A stretch of DNA of 64,000 nucleotides from Patescibacteria group bacterium (GTDB lineage: Bacteria > Patescibacteriota > Patescibacteriia > Patescibacteriales > UBA12075), in contig JAKJDO010000001.1 of the NCBI GenBank assembly GCA_022705905.1, positions 28,692 through 92,691 of the forward strand, in the 5' to 3' direction. This document shows, piece after piece, positions 29,561 through 38,582 of this stretch. A program made the position numbers and the translations under genes. The stretch's first letter is position 1, and every line of letters starts with the position of its first letter. The notes under the pieces are model-generated. The model was not told the origin of the DNA, made no database searches, and saw only the letters and a list, made by a program, of their open reading frames with translations.

Positions 29561-30925
29561 ATGCGAATCAACCCAAATATTTTTAAGGCTTACGATATCC
29601 GCGGAATTTACGGTCAAGATTTAAACGAAGACACTGCTTATCGTCTTGGACGAGCTTACGTTGAAATGAGAAGCGAGGAAAGTGGCCAAACCGATTTTAC
29701 TTTTGTTGTGGCGCGCGATATGCGCATCTCGTCTCCATCGCTTAAAGATTTTCTAATCAAGGGCATGGTAGAAGGTGGCGCTAATGTAGTTGATATCGAT
29801 CTAGCCTCAACACCGACTTTTTATTTTGCGGTGGCTAATTTTAATTATGATGGCGGGATTATCGTCTCCGCTTCGCACAACCCCAAAGAATACAATGGTT
29901 TTAAGCTAACGCGCGCTAAAGCCGTGCCGATTAGCGGGGAGACTGGAATGGATATCTTACGCGATAAAGTGCTGGCTGGAAATTTTAACACAGTGGAAAA
30001 AATCGGCGAAGTAATAAGCAGAAATGACATTCTAGAAAAGCAAGTCGGGCACGATTTGCAATTTACTGATTTAGACAAAATTAAGAAATTGAAAATAGTA
30101 GCTGACACTGCCAACGGTATGGGCGCGCAATATTTAGAGAAGTTATTCGCTAAATTACCTTGCGAACTAATTAAAATGAATTTTGAGCTAAACGGTAATT
30201 TCCCGAATCACGAAGCCGATCCTCTCAAAGATGAAAATAATAATGATCTGCAAGAAAAAATTATCGCCGCCAAAGCCGACTTAGGCATAGCGGTTGATGG
30301 CGATGGCGATAGAATATTCTTTATAGACAATACCGGAAGAACAATCGAACCGGCTATAATTCGCGGCATTTTATCAAAAATATTTTTACGCGAAAAACCA
30401 GGCGCAAAAATTGCTTACGATATTAGGCCAGGCAAAATTACGCCCGATATGATAAAAGAAGGCGGAGGTATCCCAATTATTACCCGTGTCGGCCACTCTT
30501 TGATCAAAGAAGTTGCGCTAAAAGAAGGAGCGTATTTTGCCGGCGAATCTTCAGGACACTTTTTTCTGAATTTACCGATCGGCTGCTTCGAAATGCCAAT
30601 GATAATGATTTTAAAATTATTAGAAGAATTTTCTCAATCCGGCAATTCGGTATCCGAATATACGCGCCCGCTCTATCGCTATTTTCATTCCGGCGAGATT
30701 AATTCAGTTGTTGAAGATAAAGAAGGAGTTTTCGCACAACTAAAAGAAAGGTACAATGATGCAGAAATTAACGAACTGGATGGCGTAACGATAACTTACC
30801 CTGATTTCTGGTTTAATGTCCGTGGCTCAAATACTGAACCAAAAGTTAGACTAAACTTAGAAGCAACTACCAAAGAATTAATGGAAGCCAAACGAGACGA
30901 AGTGTTAAAAATTATTAGAAGCTAG
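29561..30925 (+). CDS. Phosphomannomutase/phosphoglucomutase.
   Basis: Active-site SASHNPKEYNGFK and a DGDGDR metal loop. Confidence 0.8.
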   Translation: MRINPNIFKAYDIRGIYGQDLNEDTAYRLGRAYVEMRSEESGQTDFTFVVARDMRISSPSLKDFLIKGMVEGGANVVDIDLASTPTFYFAVANFNYDGGIIVSASHNPKEYNGFKLTRAKAVPISGETGMDILRDKVLAGNFNTVEKIGEVISRNDILEKQVGHDLQFTDLDKIKKLKIVADTANGMGAQYLEKLFAKLPCELIKMNFELNGNFPNHEADPLKDENNNDLQEKIIAAKADLGIAVDGDGDRIFFIDNTGRTIEPAIIRGILSKIFLREKPGAKIAYDIRPGKITPDMIKEGGGIPIITRVGHSLIKEVALKEGAYFAGESSGHFFLNLPIGCFEMPMIMILKLLEEFSQSGNSVSEYTRPLYRYFHSGEINSVVEDKEGVFAQLKERYNDAEINELDGVTITYPDFWFNVRGSNTEPKVRLNLEATTKELMEAKRDEVLKIIRS

Positions 30926-30950
30926 ATCGCAAAAGAATCCTAAAATAACT

Positions 30951-30980
30951 GAAGGCCTTGGTTTCGCGTCAAGGCCTTTG
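30951..30980 (+). terminator. Terminator after the mutase: ggccttg-gtttcgcgt-caaggcc followed by ttt.
   Basis: 7-bp GC stem plus T-run. It may also serve as the minus-strand terminator. Confidence 0.5.
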
Positions 30981-30999
30981 ATAAAACAAAAGAATTTTT

Positions 31000-31366
31000 C
31001 TAATTCTGACGATAGATAGCGATTCCCTTAAGAATGCTTCCGGGACCAACCATGATCCAAAGTCTTGCACCGGGAAGAACTTGGTAGCTATCGCCTAGAA
31101 TGATCTTGCAAGGATCATTCATGCCATGATATAACACCCCACCGCCATAATAAAAGAACATATTAATGCTGTATCTAGCAACACATGGCCTCTTAGATGT
31201 TAAAAACTCGATAAGCTTAATAGAGCACAGACCGCTCAGGGCCTGTCTTATTAGCTCCTCCCTTTCGTTGTACTGATCGCCGTGGCCATCAAACAATCCT
31301 CTAAAAAAGTCCAAGGGGTCGCAAAACAAAACCCAAAGTACCGATATTCAAGTTGTTCATGCCTTT
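31000..31366 (-). CDS. Hypothetical protein of about 120 aa, apparently frameshifted.
   Basis: A strong RBS-ATG gives a 19-aa frame (MNNLNIGTLGFVLRPLGLF*) that stops. A 109-aa ORF continues in another frame across a T-homopolymer (gggttttgttttgcg). Confidence 0.3.
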
Positions 31367-31383
31367 CCTCCTCGTATAATAAA

Positions 31384-32385
31384 CTATTTTATTCCTATTT
31401 TATTTTTTACTTCTCCCAAAGTCGTCTTAGCAATTGGTTCTACTTTTTTTGCCCCAGATTTTAATATCTCTTCTGTTTCCTCCGAACTGATCATATTATA
31501 CTTCTTCTGGAATTCCGTCAAGAACTGCTTAACAACCTCTGCCAAGTCTTTCTTCAAATCTCCATAACCCTTACTCTTATATTTATTTTCTAAATTTTTT
31601 ATCGTTTCATTTGCTAACAAAGAATAAATAACTAACAAATTGGAAATGCCTGGTTTATTTTTTACGTCGTATTTAATTTCGGAACCAGAGTCAGTTTCGG
31701 CGCGCATAATTTTTTTCGCGGCTTTGGCAGGATCGTCAGTCAAAGTAATATAGTTATATTCGCTCTTGGCGCTTTTACTCATTTTTTTAGTCGGATCATC
31801 TAAACCCATAATACGTGAACCTTCTTTTAAAATTTTTGGCTCAGGAAGAACAAAAGTCTCGCCAAATTGTTGATTAAAACGCCTGGCTAATTCTCTGGTT
31901 AATTCAACATGTTGCAATTGGTCATCACCAACCGGCACAACGTCAGTATTGTAAAGCAGGATATCAGACGCCATTAAAACCGGATAATCAAATAGTCCAA
32001 CACCGGCATTATCTTCTTTGCCGTCGCCAACTTTATCTTTAAATTGGGTCATGCGATATAAATCGGACATCCGCGTTACTGTATTTAAAATCCAAGCCAA
32101 CTCCGTGTGTTCCGTCACATCTGACTGTTGAAAAATAATTGATTTTTTTGGATCAATACCAGCGGCTAAATAAATTTTAGCGACTTCGATAATTTTCTTT
32201 TTTAAAACTTCTGGATCTTGTTTGACTGTTATGGCATGATAGTCAACTACACAAAAAATACAATTGTACTCATCTTGCAGTTCTCGCCATTGAGTTATAG
32301 CGCCAAGGTAATTGCCAATATGCAAATTGCCGCTTGGCTGAATGGCGGAAAATATTGTTTTTTTATTGTTTGTTGCTTGTTTCAT
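31384..32385 (-). CDS. trpS: Tryptophan--tRNA ligase.
   Basis: HIGH-type motif (PSGNLHIGNY) and KMSKS. Confidence 0.9.
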   Translation of the reverse strand: MKQATNNKKTIFSAIQPSGNLHIGNYLGAITQWRELQDEYNCIFCVVDYHAITVKQDPEVLKKKIIEVAKIYLAAGIDPKKSIIFQQSDVTEHTELAWILNTVTRMSDLYRMTQFKDKVGDGKEDNAGVGLFDYPVLMASDILLYNTDVVPVGDDQLQHVELTRELARRFNQQFGETFVLPEPKILKEGSRIMGLDDPTKKMSKSAKSEYNYITLTDDPAKAAKKIMRAETDSGSEIKYDVKNKPGISNLLVIYSLLANETIKNLENKYKSKGYGDLKKDLAEVVKQFLTEFQKKYNMISSEETEEILKSGAKKVEPIAKTTLGEVKNKIGIK

Positions 32386-32433
32386 ATAACCCTATTTTAT
32401 CTTAAAAATTACTTAATTTCAAGTTTGTTTTTA

Positions 32434-32464
32434 TGGTGAGGAATAAGTTTTACTTATTCCTCAC
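32434..32464 (-). promoter_or_regulatory. Perfect 13-bp hairpin GGTGAGGAATAAG-tttta-CTTATTCCTCACC immediately upstream of trpS.
   Basis: Seen directly. There is no canonical U-run, so this may be an attenuator or processing structure. Confidence 0.4.
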
Positions 32465-32485
32465 CATTCGATTGCAGACACGAGC

Positions 32486-32677
32486 CTAGACGCCTGTCCA
32501 GGGCCCTCTCCTTGTTAACTTTTCCCTGAGATCATCTGGCTTAAATCTGTCGGCATTTCTCATTCCACGTCTTTTATTCCGCTGCTGTTTTCTAGTTCCT
32601 GCTTTTTTTCTATGTCTCTCAATTGCTTTGACGATTGCCTTGTCGCGGTCACTGTTGGAATGATCCTTCATAAACAT
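32486..32677 (-). CDS. 63-aa very basic protein, possibly ribosomal protein S21-like.
   Basis: Strong RBS (agaggagga + 5 nt + ATG). KAIERHRKKAG...RFKPDDLREK loosely resembles S21 (ALRRFKR..EKAG...YEKP). GC is about 45%, higher than the host. Confidence 0.35.
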   Translation of the reverse strand: MFMKDHSNSDRDKAIVKAIERHRKKAGTRKQQRNKRRGMRNADRFKPDDLREKLTRRGPWTGV

Positions 32678-32693
32678 TCCTCCTCTTAGTCGT

Positions 32694-32864
32694 TTAGTCG
32701 TTGAAATACATCCGAAACCTTCTTGTGCATCCGCACTCTTTACGCGGGCTGCCCCAACCTGGCCTTATTGTTTCTATTTCTTTGTTGCAATGCGGACAGA
32801 CTTCTTTATTCCCCTCCTTAGTTTCTTGCTTGTTTTTTCTCTGAGTCGTCGTTTTGCCACCCAT
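32694..32864 (-). CDS. 56-aa zinc-ribbon protein (CPHC...CGC).
   Basis: RBS aaggaggt + 6 nt + ATG (Met66 of the longer ORF in the track). The gene starts immediately after the T-box terminator. Confidence 0.4.
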   Translation of the reverse strand: MGGKTTTQRKNKQETKEGNKEVCPHCNKEIETIRPGWGSPRKECGCTRRFRMYFND

Positions 32865-32880
32865 TCTTACCTCCTTGATC

Positions 32881-33285
32881 TTTAAATTTTTTCGTAAAAT
32901 AAAAACCCTCGTCTTTTTCTCCACACTAAAAATATGGAAAAAAGGACGAGGGCATTTGCCACCCGCGGTGCCACCTTCTTTGTCTCGCCGTAGTCCCGAG
33001 CATTCAGGACGAAGGCGGATTCGTTTTTTATCTGACGAATTAAAAAAATCCGTCAGCAAAACGGATCAAGACCACTTTTACTGACTCCATCCTACGCCAA
33101 GGCTCCGGATGGCAAGCCTACCAGCCTAAATTTGACGCGACGACATCAGTTATCCTTATTACGGAGGAAGCCGAATAACCACTAACGCAGTTATCACCCA
33201 CCCTGTCGAATGACGGGGTAAAATATGCCCAACCTCCCGCGAAAACGGGAGACATATTTATAGGTTTTAATAAATGTAATGTTCT
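32881..33285 (-). promoter_or_regulatory. T-box riboswitch leader, probably Trp-specific, with terminator and antiterminator.
   Basis: Minus-strand T-box sequence AAGGUGGCACCGCGGG (plus 32962-32976) matches the consensus AGGGUGGNACCGCGG. The UGGC bulge would pair with a tRNA ending GCCA (G discriminator, as in tRNA-Trp). The terminator is CCCUCGUCC...GACGAGGG plus U-run (plus 32906-32951), and its 5' strand overlaps the antiterminator partner CCUUUUUU of AAAGAAGG. The region is GC-rich and structured. Upstream (33297-33324) is a TTGACT-16-TACTAT promoter-like element. Confidence 0.55.
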
Positions 33286-33388
33286 AAAAATATAGTAGCA
33301 CAAACAAAAAATTAGTCAAATTATTGACAAAATAATATTTTTATGATATCTTTCCAAAAAAACAAAAAACAGCAAGGAGGCAACAGTC

Positions 33389-33715
33389 ATGAAGGATGAA
33401 AAAAAGATCCAAGAGGATAGAGAACGAGCAATCGTTCTGACCACTTTCATCGCTTTTGAAATATTGATGGGGGCGCTAGCTTTTTGGCTAGCGTGCGATG
33501 ATGTACGAATCATGCTCAAAGCATCATTCATTCATCAGTTCATTCGAAACTTCTGGTGGTCCAACGTATACTTCATAGCTATATTTATCACCATCGTATT
33601 GGCCATTCAGTTTCACCGCCACCAACTCACCACTCCCTTCTGGAAAAAAAGGGGGTGGCTACGCCGAACAAAAAACAAGATTCTCAAAGGAGACAGGATA
33701 GCTTATCTCCGATGA
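33389..33715 (+). CDS. Hypothetical small membrane protein (108 aa, 3 TM).
   Basis: Strong RBS (caaggaggcaacagtc ATG). No homology recognised. Confidence 0.3.
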   Translation: MKDEKKIQEDRERAIVLTTFIAFEILMGALAFWLACDDVRIMLKASFIHQFIRNFWWSNVYFIAIFITIVLAIQFHRHQLTTPFWKKRGWLRRTKNKILKGDRIAYLR

Positions 33716-33802
33716 GACAAGCCGGGCCGAGCAGATTACACCGCTCGGCCTTCACCATTCTAAATTGACATTTATTTATATAAATTGATACAGTAATACT
33801 AT

Positions 33803-34618
33803 ATGATTAATTTTTTACACAATTTTACCCCCAATCCAATTTTAATCTCATTTGGACCGCTTCATGTTTATTGGTACGGCATATTTATTGTTTTGGGCAT
33901 TATTGCAGCCTTAATTGTCGCTTTAAAATTAGCTGAGTATTACCAAATTAAAAAGGAAGGCATTGTTGATTTGGCCTTTTACTTAATTATTGGTGGTGTT
34001 ATTGGCGCGCGTATTTATCATATCTGTCTGAAATTTTCTTATTACGCTGAACACCAACTAGATATTTTCAAATTATGGAATGGCGGTTTGGCCATCCATG
34101 GCGCAATTATTGCCGGCGTAATTGTCATGTACGTTTTTGCTAAAAATAAAAATCTAAACTTCTGGCAACTTGCAGCTATAACAGTCCCCGGATTGGCGCT
34201 AGCTCAAGCTATCGGCCGCTGGGGAAATTATTTTAATCAGGAATTGTATGGCAGACCGACTACGTTACCTTGGGGCGTTCCTATTCAATTTAACAATCGT
34301 GTTCTTGAATATTATACCTCAAATTATTTTCATCCTACTTTTTTATACGAATCTTTGGGTTCGCTAATTATCTTTGCTGTTTTGTTATTTATGCATTACT
34401 TAATTATCAAAAAGCAAAAATTAAATTTTCGATATATCGTCTTCGCTTATTTGGTTTTATACTCTCTTTTAAGATTTGCAACTGAAATTTTACGCGTCGA
34501 CTCAACTACGATTTTTCTCGGTTTACGTTTACCACAAATAGTAAGCTTAATAATTATACTGACTTCCCTGACTTGGTTTATCTGGAATAGCCGTCATACT
34601 GCCCTTGCCAAAAAATAA
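33803..34618 (+). CDS. lgt: Prolipoprotein diacylglyceryl transferase.
   Basis: GPLHVYWYG..., GGLAIHGA and IGRWGNYFNQELYG signature. Confidence 0.85.
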   Translation: MINFLHNFTPNPILISFGPLHVYWYGIFIVLGIIAALIVALKLAEYYQIKKEGIVDLAFYLIIGGVIGARIYHICLKFSYYAEHQLDIFKLWNGGLAIHGAIIAGVIVMYVFAKNKNLNFWQLAAITVPGLALAQAIGRWGNYFNQELYGRPTTLPWGVPIQFNNRVLEYYTSNYFHPTFLYESLGSLIIFAVLLFMHYLIIKKQKLNFRYIVFAYLVLYSLLRFATEILRVDSTTIFLGLRLPQIVSLIIILTSLTWFIWNSRHTALAKK

Positions 34619-34638
34619 GTTATGTGTTAGTATCAAGT

Positions 34639-34660
34639 CGGTGGCTCTCACACCGTTTTT
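34639..34660 (+). terminator. Terminator after lgt: cggtg-gctctca-caccg followed by ttttt.
   Basis: Hairpin plus T-run. Confidence 0.5.
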
Positions 34661-34692
34661 ATTTTAAATTTTAATGGAAATATCATAAAACT

Positions 34693-34959
34693 ATGCCTAA
34701 TCTAAAATCGGCAAAAAAGGAATTAAGAAAAAGCAAAAAGAGACAAATTCGCAATACGCAAATTAATGATAACCTAAAAAAGCTTATCAAAAATAGCCGC
34801 AAAGCAATAGAGGCTAAAGACTCTAAGGCCAAAGAACTGGTAGCGCAAACTATGAAAGCTCTGGATAAAGCGGCGCAAAAAGGTATTATCAAAAAGAATA
34901 ACCGCGATCGTAGAAAATCAAGATTGCATACCAAACTGAATGCGATGCTGAAAAAATAA
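34693..34959 (+). CDS. rpsT: 30S ribosomal protein S20.
   Basis: MPNLKSAKKELRKSKKRQIRN. Length is 88 aa. Confidence 0.85.
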   Translation: MPNLKSAKKELRKSKKRQIRNTQINDNLKKLIKNSRKAIEAKDSKAKELVAQTMKALDKAAQKGIIKKNNRDRRKSRLHTKLNAMLKK

Positions 34960-34980
34960 TCCCTTGATTCACTATAAACG

Positions 34981-35008
34981 AAAAATCACCGAACAGGTGA
35001 TTTTTTGT
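34981..35008. terminator. Bidirectional terminator between rpsT and holA: aaaaatcacc-gaacag-gtgatttttt.
   Basis: Perfect stem flanked by an A-run and a T-run. Confidence 0.6.
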
Positions 35009-35020
35009 TTTATCTAAAAG

Positions 35021-36007
35021 CTATATTTTTGCAATCATTAAACTCAAGGCCGCTTTAAAATCTCCTTGTCCACTTTTTATTTTTCTATCGACCTCCAATA
35101 AATCGCTAAAAATCTTCTTTAGTAAATCCGAAGAAAAACCCCCAACCTGACCAGAGCATTTTTGCACTACGAAGGGATGAAAGTGCAATTGGCTAGTGAT
35201 CTTGCGCTGACTCATGCCTGCGTCTATAGCCTCTTTAACTTGCAGCAGTATTTTAAACTGGCGAATGATCATTGTTAGTAAATATTGTTCAGCCACACCA
35301 GCCTCCATTTCTTGCTCTAGCAATTTTATCGCTTGCGCTTTATTTTTATTACCAATAGCATCGGATAACGCAAAAATATTTTCATCAATTTTACCACGGC
35401 TTAAGGCCTCGACATCTTCCTCACTAATTACTGCTTCACTTTCTGGCAAAAGTTGCGCTTTCTTAAAATTTATTAGCTTTTCAATTTCATTATTAAGTTG
35501 CCATAAATCACTGCCAAACATGCTGGCTAGATTTAACACTGCTTGTGGCTTAACTTTAGCTTCACGAGCTGTAAATTCTTTTTTTATCCAAACTGCCGTT
35601 TCCGTGTTCGATAATTTTTTAAAATTCTGAGCATACTTCTGCTCGCTCAAAAATTTAAATAATTTATTTTTTTCCAATTTAGCGCCACTGGTTTCGTCCC
35701 AAAAAATAATTATATTATCATCTGCCTTGTCTTTACTCTTTGCTGTTTTTTTGAAATAGTCAAAAACTTTTTCTAGTATTTTCTCGCTCTTATTGCTAAA
35801 AATATTTTCTACGACAATCATGCGCTTGCGCGCAAAAAGCGAACGCGCGCCGATTGCCTCGCTTAATCCTTCGATCATTAAACTTTCACCAGCCAAACTA
35901 ACAATACCATTGCCAGTAGGATCAACTTCGCGGATGAACTTATCTTTCAATTCTTTTAGTTTTTGGCGGCTACGAAATGTATCTTCGCCGTATAAAAATA
36001 TAATCAT
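35021..36007 (-). CDS. holA: DNA polymerase III delta subunit.
   Basis: N-terminal IIFLYGEDTF..., AAA-like fold, and a length of 328 aa. Confidence 0.7.
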   Translation of the reverse strand: MIIFLYGEDTFRSRQKLKELKDKFIREVDPTGNGIVSLAGESLMIEGLSEAIGARSLFARKRMIVVENIFSNKSEKILEKVFDYFKKTAKSKDKADDNIIIFWDETSGAKLEKNKLFKFLSEQKYAQNFKKLSNTETAVWIKKEFTAREAKVKPQAVLNLASMFGSDLWQLNNEIEKLINFKKAQLLPESEAVISEEDVEALSRGKIDENIFALSDAIGNKNKAQAIKLLEQEMEAGVAEQYLLTMIIRQFKILLQVKEAIDAGMSQRKITSQLHFHPFVVQKCSGQVGGFSSDLLKKIFSDLLEVDRKIKSGQGDFKAALSLMIAKI

Positions 36008-36016
36008 ACCTGTTCG

Positions 36017-36057
36017 TCTCCTCTCCTTGTTTGAAGGGGGAGGTTGGGGTGGAGTTT
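36017..36057. repeat. G-rich palindromic repeat: ctcctctccttg-tttg-aagggggaggttggggtggag followed by tttt. It belongs to the same family as 40476-40535, 61143-61182 and 63968-63991.
   Basis: Recurring G-tract arm (GAGGG-Y-GGGG-TG-AGG) paired with a C-rich arm. Here it lies in the holA 5' UTR. Confidence 0.5.
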
Positions 36058-36314
36058 TAAAAACTGTAACAAAATGGCTTAAATTACGTATTATTAAGTA
36101 GAACTAATTTAATAATATGATAAATAGAAGATTACCGCAAATTAAACCAATCGTCAACCACGGCTCTGCTTGTGGCACTGGCTACATGTCAGACTTTTAT
36201 CGATCTGGCTGGTTTAAATTTGTATTGTAATCTTTTTTTCATATACATTCTCCAAATTTAGCCTTACCGGGTCGGTAAGGCTAAATTTTATTAACCAAAA
36301 AACTAGAAAGGAGA

Positions 36315-36875
36315 ATGTTTATGAAGCAAAACATCCCGTTTCTCAAAGGAGAAAAAATCAATCTTTGTCCTTTAAATGAAGAATTGCATTTAGATAATAC
36401 ATTACAGTGGCTAAACGACGAAGACGTTATCAAATGGTTATTGATGATTTTCCCTCTATCAGAAACTCAAGAAAAAGATTGGTTTGCCAAACGTTTAATC
36501 TTAAGCAACCCACCGTCTGATATACTTTTAGCTATTGTCTTAAAAGACGGAAAACACGTCGGCAATATTGGCCTGCATAAGATCGACTGGATTTCACGGC
36601 GCGCTGAATTAGGAATTGTTATCGGCGATAAAGAACAATGGGGTAAAGGCCTTGCTACTGAAGCTGAGAGCCTGCTTATAGATTTTGCCTGGAAAAAACT
36701 TAACCTCTGTAAAATTACTGCCCATGTCTTCTCCGACAATATTGCTAGCCTAAAAGCCTTACAAAAAAATGGCGCCGTCGAGGAAGCCAGGCTCAAAGAT
36801 CATATCTGGAAAAATGGAAAGTTTAACGATCTTATTGCTCTGGCGATTTTCAACAACCAAGAGTCGCCTAAATAA
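36315..36875 (+). CDS. GNAT-family N-acetyltransferase (RimJ/RimL-like).
   Basis: GNIGLHKIDWISRRAELGIVIGDKEQWGKGLATEA. Confidence 0.7.
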   Translation: MFMKQNIPFLKGEKINLCPLNEELHLDNTLQWLNDEDVIKWLLMIFPLSETQEKDWFAKRLILSNPPSDILLAIVLKDGKHVGNIGLHKIDWISRRAELGIVIGDKEQWGKGLATEAESLLIDFAWKKLNLCKITAHVFSDNIASLKALQKNGAVEEARLKDHIWKNGKFNDLIALAIFNNQESPK

Positions 36876-36876
36876 A

Positions 36877-36915
36877 GGCAAAGTTCACTCTTTACCGACC
36901 CGAACTTTGCTTTTT
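36877..36915. terminator. Bidirectional terminator: gcaaagttc...gaactttgc followed by ttttt.
   Basis: 9-bp stem plus T-run, between convergent genes. Confidence 0.55.
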
Positions 36916-36919
36916 AAAT

Positions 36920-38242
36920 TTATTTCAATTTTAGAACTTCTTGCTTGAATAACTTACCGCGCTCTTTATAGTTTTTAAACATACCAAAGCTCGCGCAGGC
37001 CGGTGACATTAAAACAACGTCTCCTAGTTTAGCATTCTTACGGGCAGTAGCAACTGCTTCTTTCATGCTGTTCACAACTTTAATTTTTTTCTTATCAAAC
37101 CTAACTTTTTCAACTTCTTTTTTCATTCTTAGCGTTGCATCACCTTTAAATAAAACTAAAAAATTAACTTTCTTATTAATAACTTTTGCTAGCTCCTTAA
37201 AATTAGAATTCTTTTCTGCTCCACCGGCAAGTAATATAATCGGCTGTGAAAAAGATTTTAAAGCAATAATCGTTGATTCTGGCGTAGTGGCGAAACTATC
37301 GTTATAGTACGCGACACCTTTGACATTACCAACCAGCTCAATGCGATGTTCCAGCCCTGAAAAATTTTTAACAGATTTAACAATAACTTTTTCTTTTATA
37401 CCAACAATTTTAGCAACCTCGACAGCTGCAGCAATATTTTCTTTATTGTGTTCTCCAACCAATTTACTTTTTAAATTAGATTTTTCAAAGAATTTAATTT
37501 TACTAGCTAACTTTATATTGTGAATTTTCTTCTTCAACTTGGAATTAGCAATAAAATATTCAGTTTTTTTCTGATATTTAGCTATATTTAATTTTGCCTG
37601 CCAGTAAATTTTAGCGTTTTTATGATAGTTCGGATTGTTAGGATCGGCCGGCGCTAAATGCTCATTAAAAAAGTTTGTCATCACTGCAATTTTTGGACTG
37701 ATTGTCATATCTTCCAGCTGAAAACTGGAAAGCTCAAAAACAATCCAATCGTTTTTTCTCACTTTCTCAAAAAAATCAAAGGGCGCTACGCCAATATTGC
37801 CCGCCAACCAAACGCGTTTTTTACCTTTCTTTAAAATATGGTAAATTAATGATGAAGTTGTGCCCTTACCTTTCGTACCAGTCACACCAATTATATTTTT
37901 AGTCGGACTTAGTTCTATAAAAAACTCAATCGGATTTATAATTTTTACGTTCATTTTTTTTACCTCAACCAATCCTTTATCAAACAATGGCCAGCCAGGT
38001 GAACGAAACAACAAATCAAATCCGCTTAAATTTTTGTTCGCGTCTTTACCTAATTTCCAATGTATATTTTTTCTAGTTCGCAAAACACTAAATTTTTTAC
38101 CCAACTCTTTCTCGTTCTTAAAATCACAAATAGTAATTTGGCAATCTATTTTTTTTCTAAGAAAAAATTTAATTAAAGCTAGATTTTCTATGCCTAGCCC
38201 CAGAAAAGCTATATTCTTATTTTTTAATGTTGACAAATTCAT
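36920..38242 (-). CDS. murD: UDP-N-acetylmuramoyl-L-alanine--D-glutamate ligase.
   Basis: N-terminal Rossmann (IAFLGLG) and the Mur ligase P-loop GVTGTKGKGTT. Confidence 0.8.
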   Translation of the reverse strand: MNLSTLKNKNIAFLGLGIENLALIKFFLRKKIDCQITICDFKNEKELGKKFSVLRTRKNIHWKLGKDANKNLSGFDLLFRSPGWPLFDKGLVEVKKMNVKIINPIEFFIELSPTKNIIGVTGTKGKGTTSSLIYHILKKGKKRVWLAGNIGVAPFDFFEKVRKNDWIVFELSSFQLEDMTISPKIAVMTNFFNEHLAPADPNNPNYHKNAKIYWQAKLNIAKYQKKTEYFIANSKLKKKIHNIKLASKIKFFEKSNLKSKLVGEHNKENIAAAVEVAKIVGIKEKVIVKSVKNFSGLEHRIELVGNVKGVAYYNDSFATTPESTIIALKSFSQPIILLAGGAEKNSNFKELAKVINKKVNFLVLFKGDATLRMKKEVEKVRFDKKKIKVVNSMKEAVATARKNAKLGDVVLMSPACASFGMFKNYKERGKLFKQEVLKLK

Positions 38243-38290
38243 ATTTTATAATAAAATCTTAACAATACAATAAATAAGGAGGAGTAAAAA

Positions 38291-38530
38291 TTGAAAAACA
38301 TAAGATACGAAGTAGTGGGCATACTAATAACTGGTGAAATTAGAGGAGGCGAGGTCTGTCCTCCGAGCATGTGGTATCATGTTAAAACTGGAAGAGAAAT
38401 TCTGGAAGCGACTATCTTTACCAAACAAGGACCTATTGAAATTGAAGTCTGTTGCAAAGGCTGGGCAGCAAAAACTCCAGAAGAGTTCTCAAAAGTTGAA
38501 CCCCTAACTAAATATTATATGTTCCAATAA
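38291..38530 (+). CDS. Hypothetical 79-aa protein (TTG start) with four Cys.
   Basis: Strong RBS (ataaggaggagtaaaaa TTG). No family recognised. Confidence 0.3.
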   Translation: MKNIRYEVVGILITGEIRGGEVCPPSMWYHVKTGREILEATIFTKQGPIEIEVCCKGWAAKTPEEFSKVEPLTKYYMFQ

Positions 38531-38582
38531 AACACCGGTCTTTATCCATCGTTGGCAGGCACTCTCAAAGCTCCTGCCTTTC

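Noticed and set aside
32881-33285. RNase P RNA (rnpB) or SRP/6S RNA, suggested by the GC-rich structured region and the presence of rnpA.
   Set aside because: I could not find the P4 or CR-I/CR-IV motifs (GGAAAGUCCGGGC, ACAGAACCCGGCUUA) or the SRP domain-IV CCGGAAGG motif. The T-box sequence and terminator/antiterminator logic explain the region better. rnpB is probably outside this window.
33316-33768. ORFs 33316-33531 (minus) and 33556-33768 (plus).
   Set aside because: They overlap the 33389-33715 ORF, which has a strong RBS, in other frames or on the other strand. No independent support.
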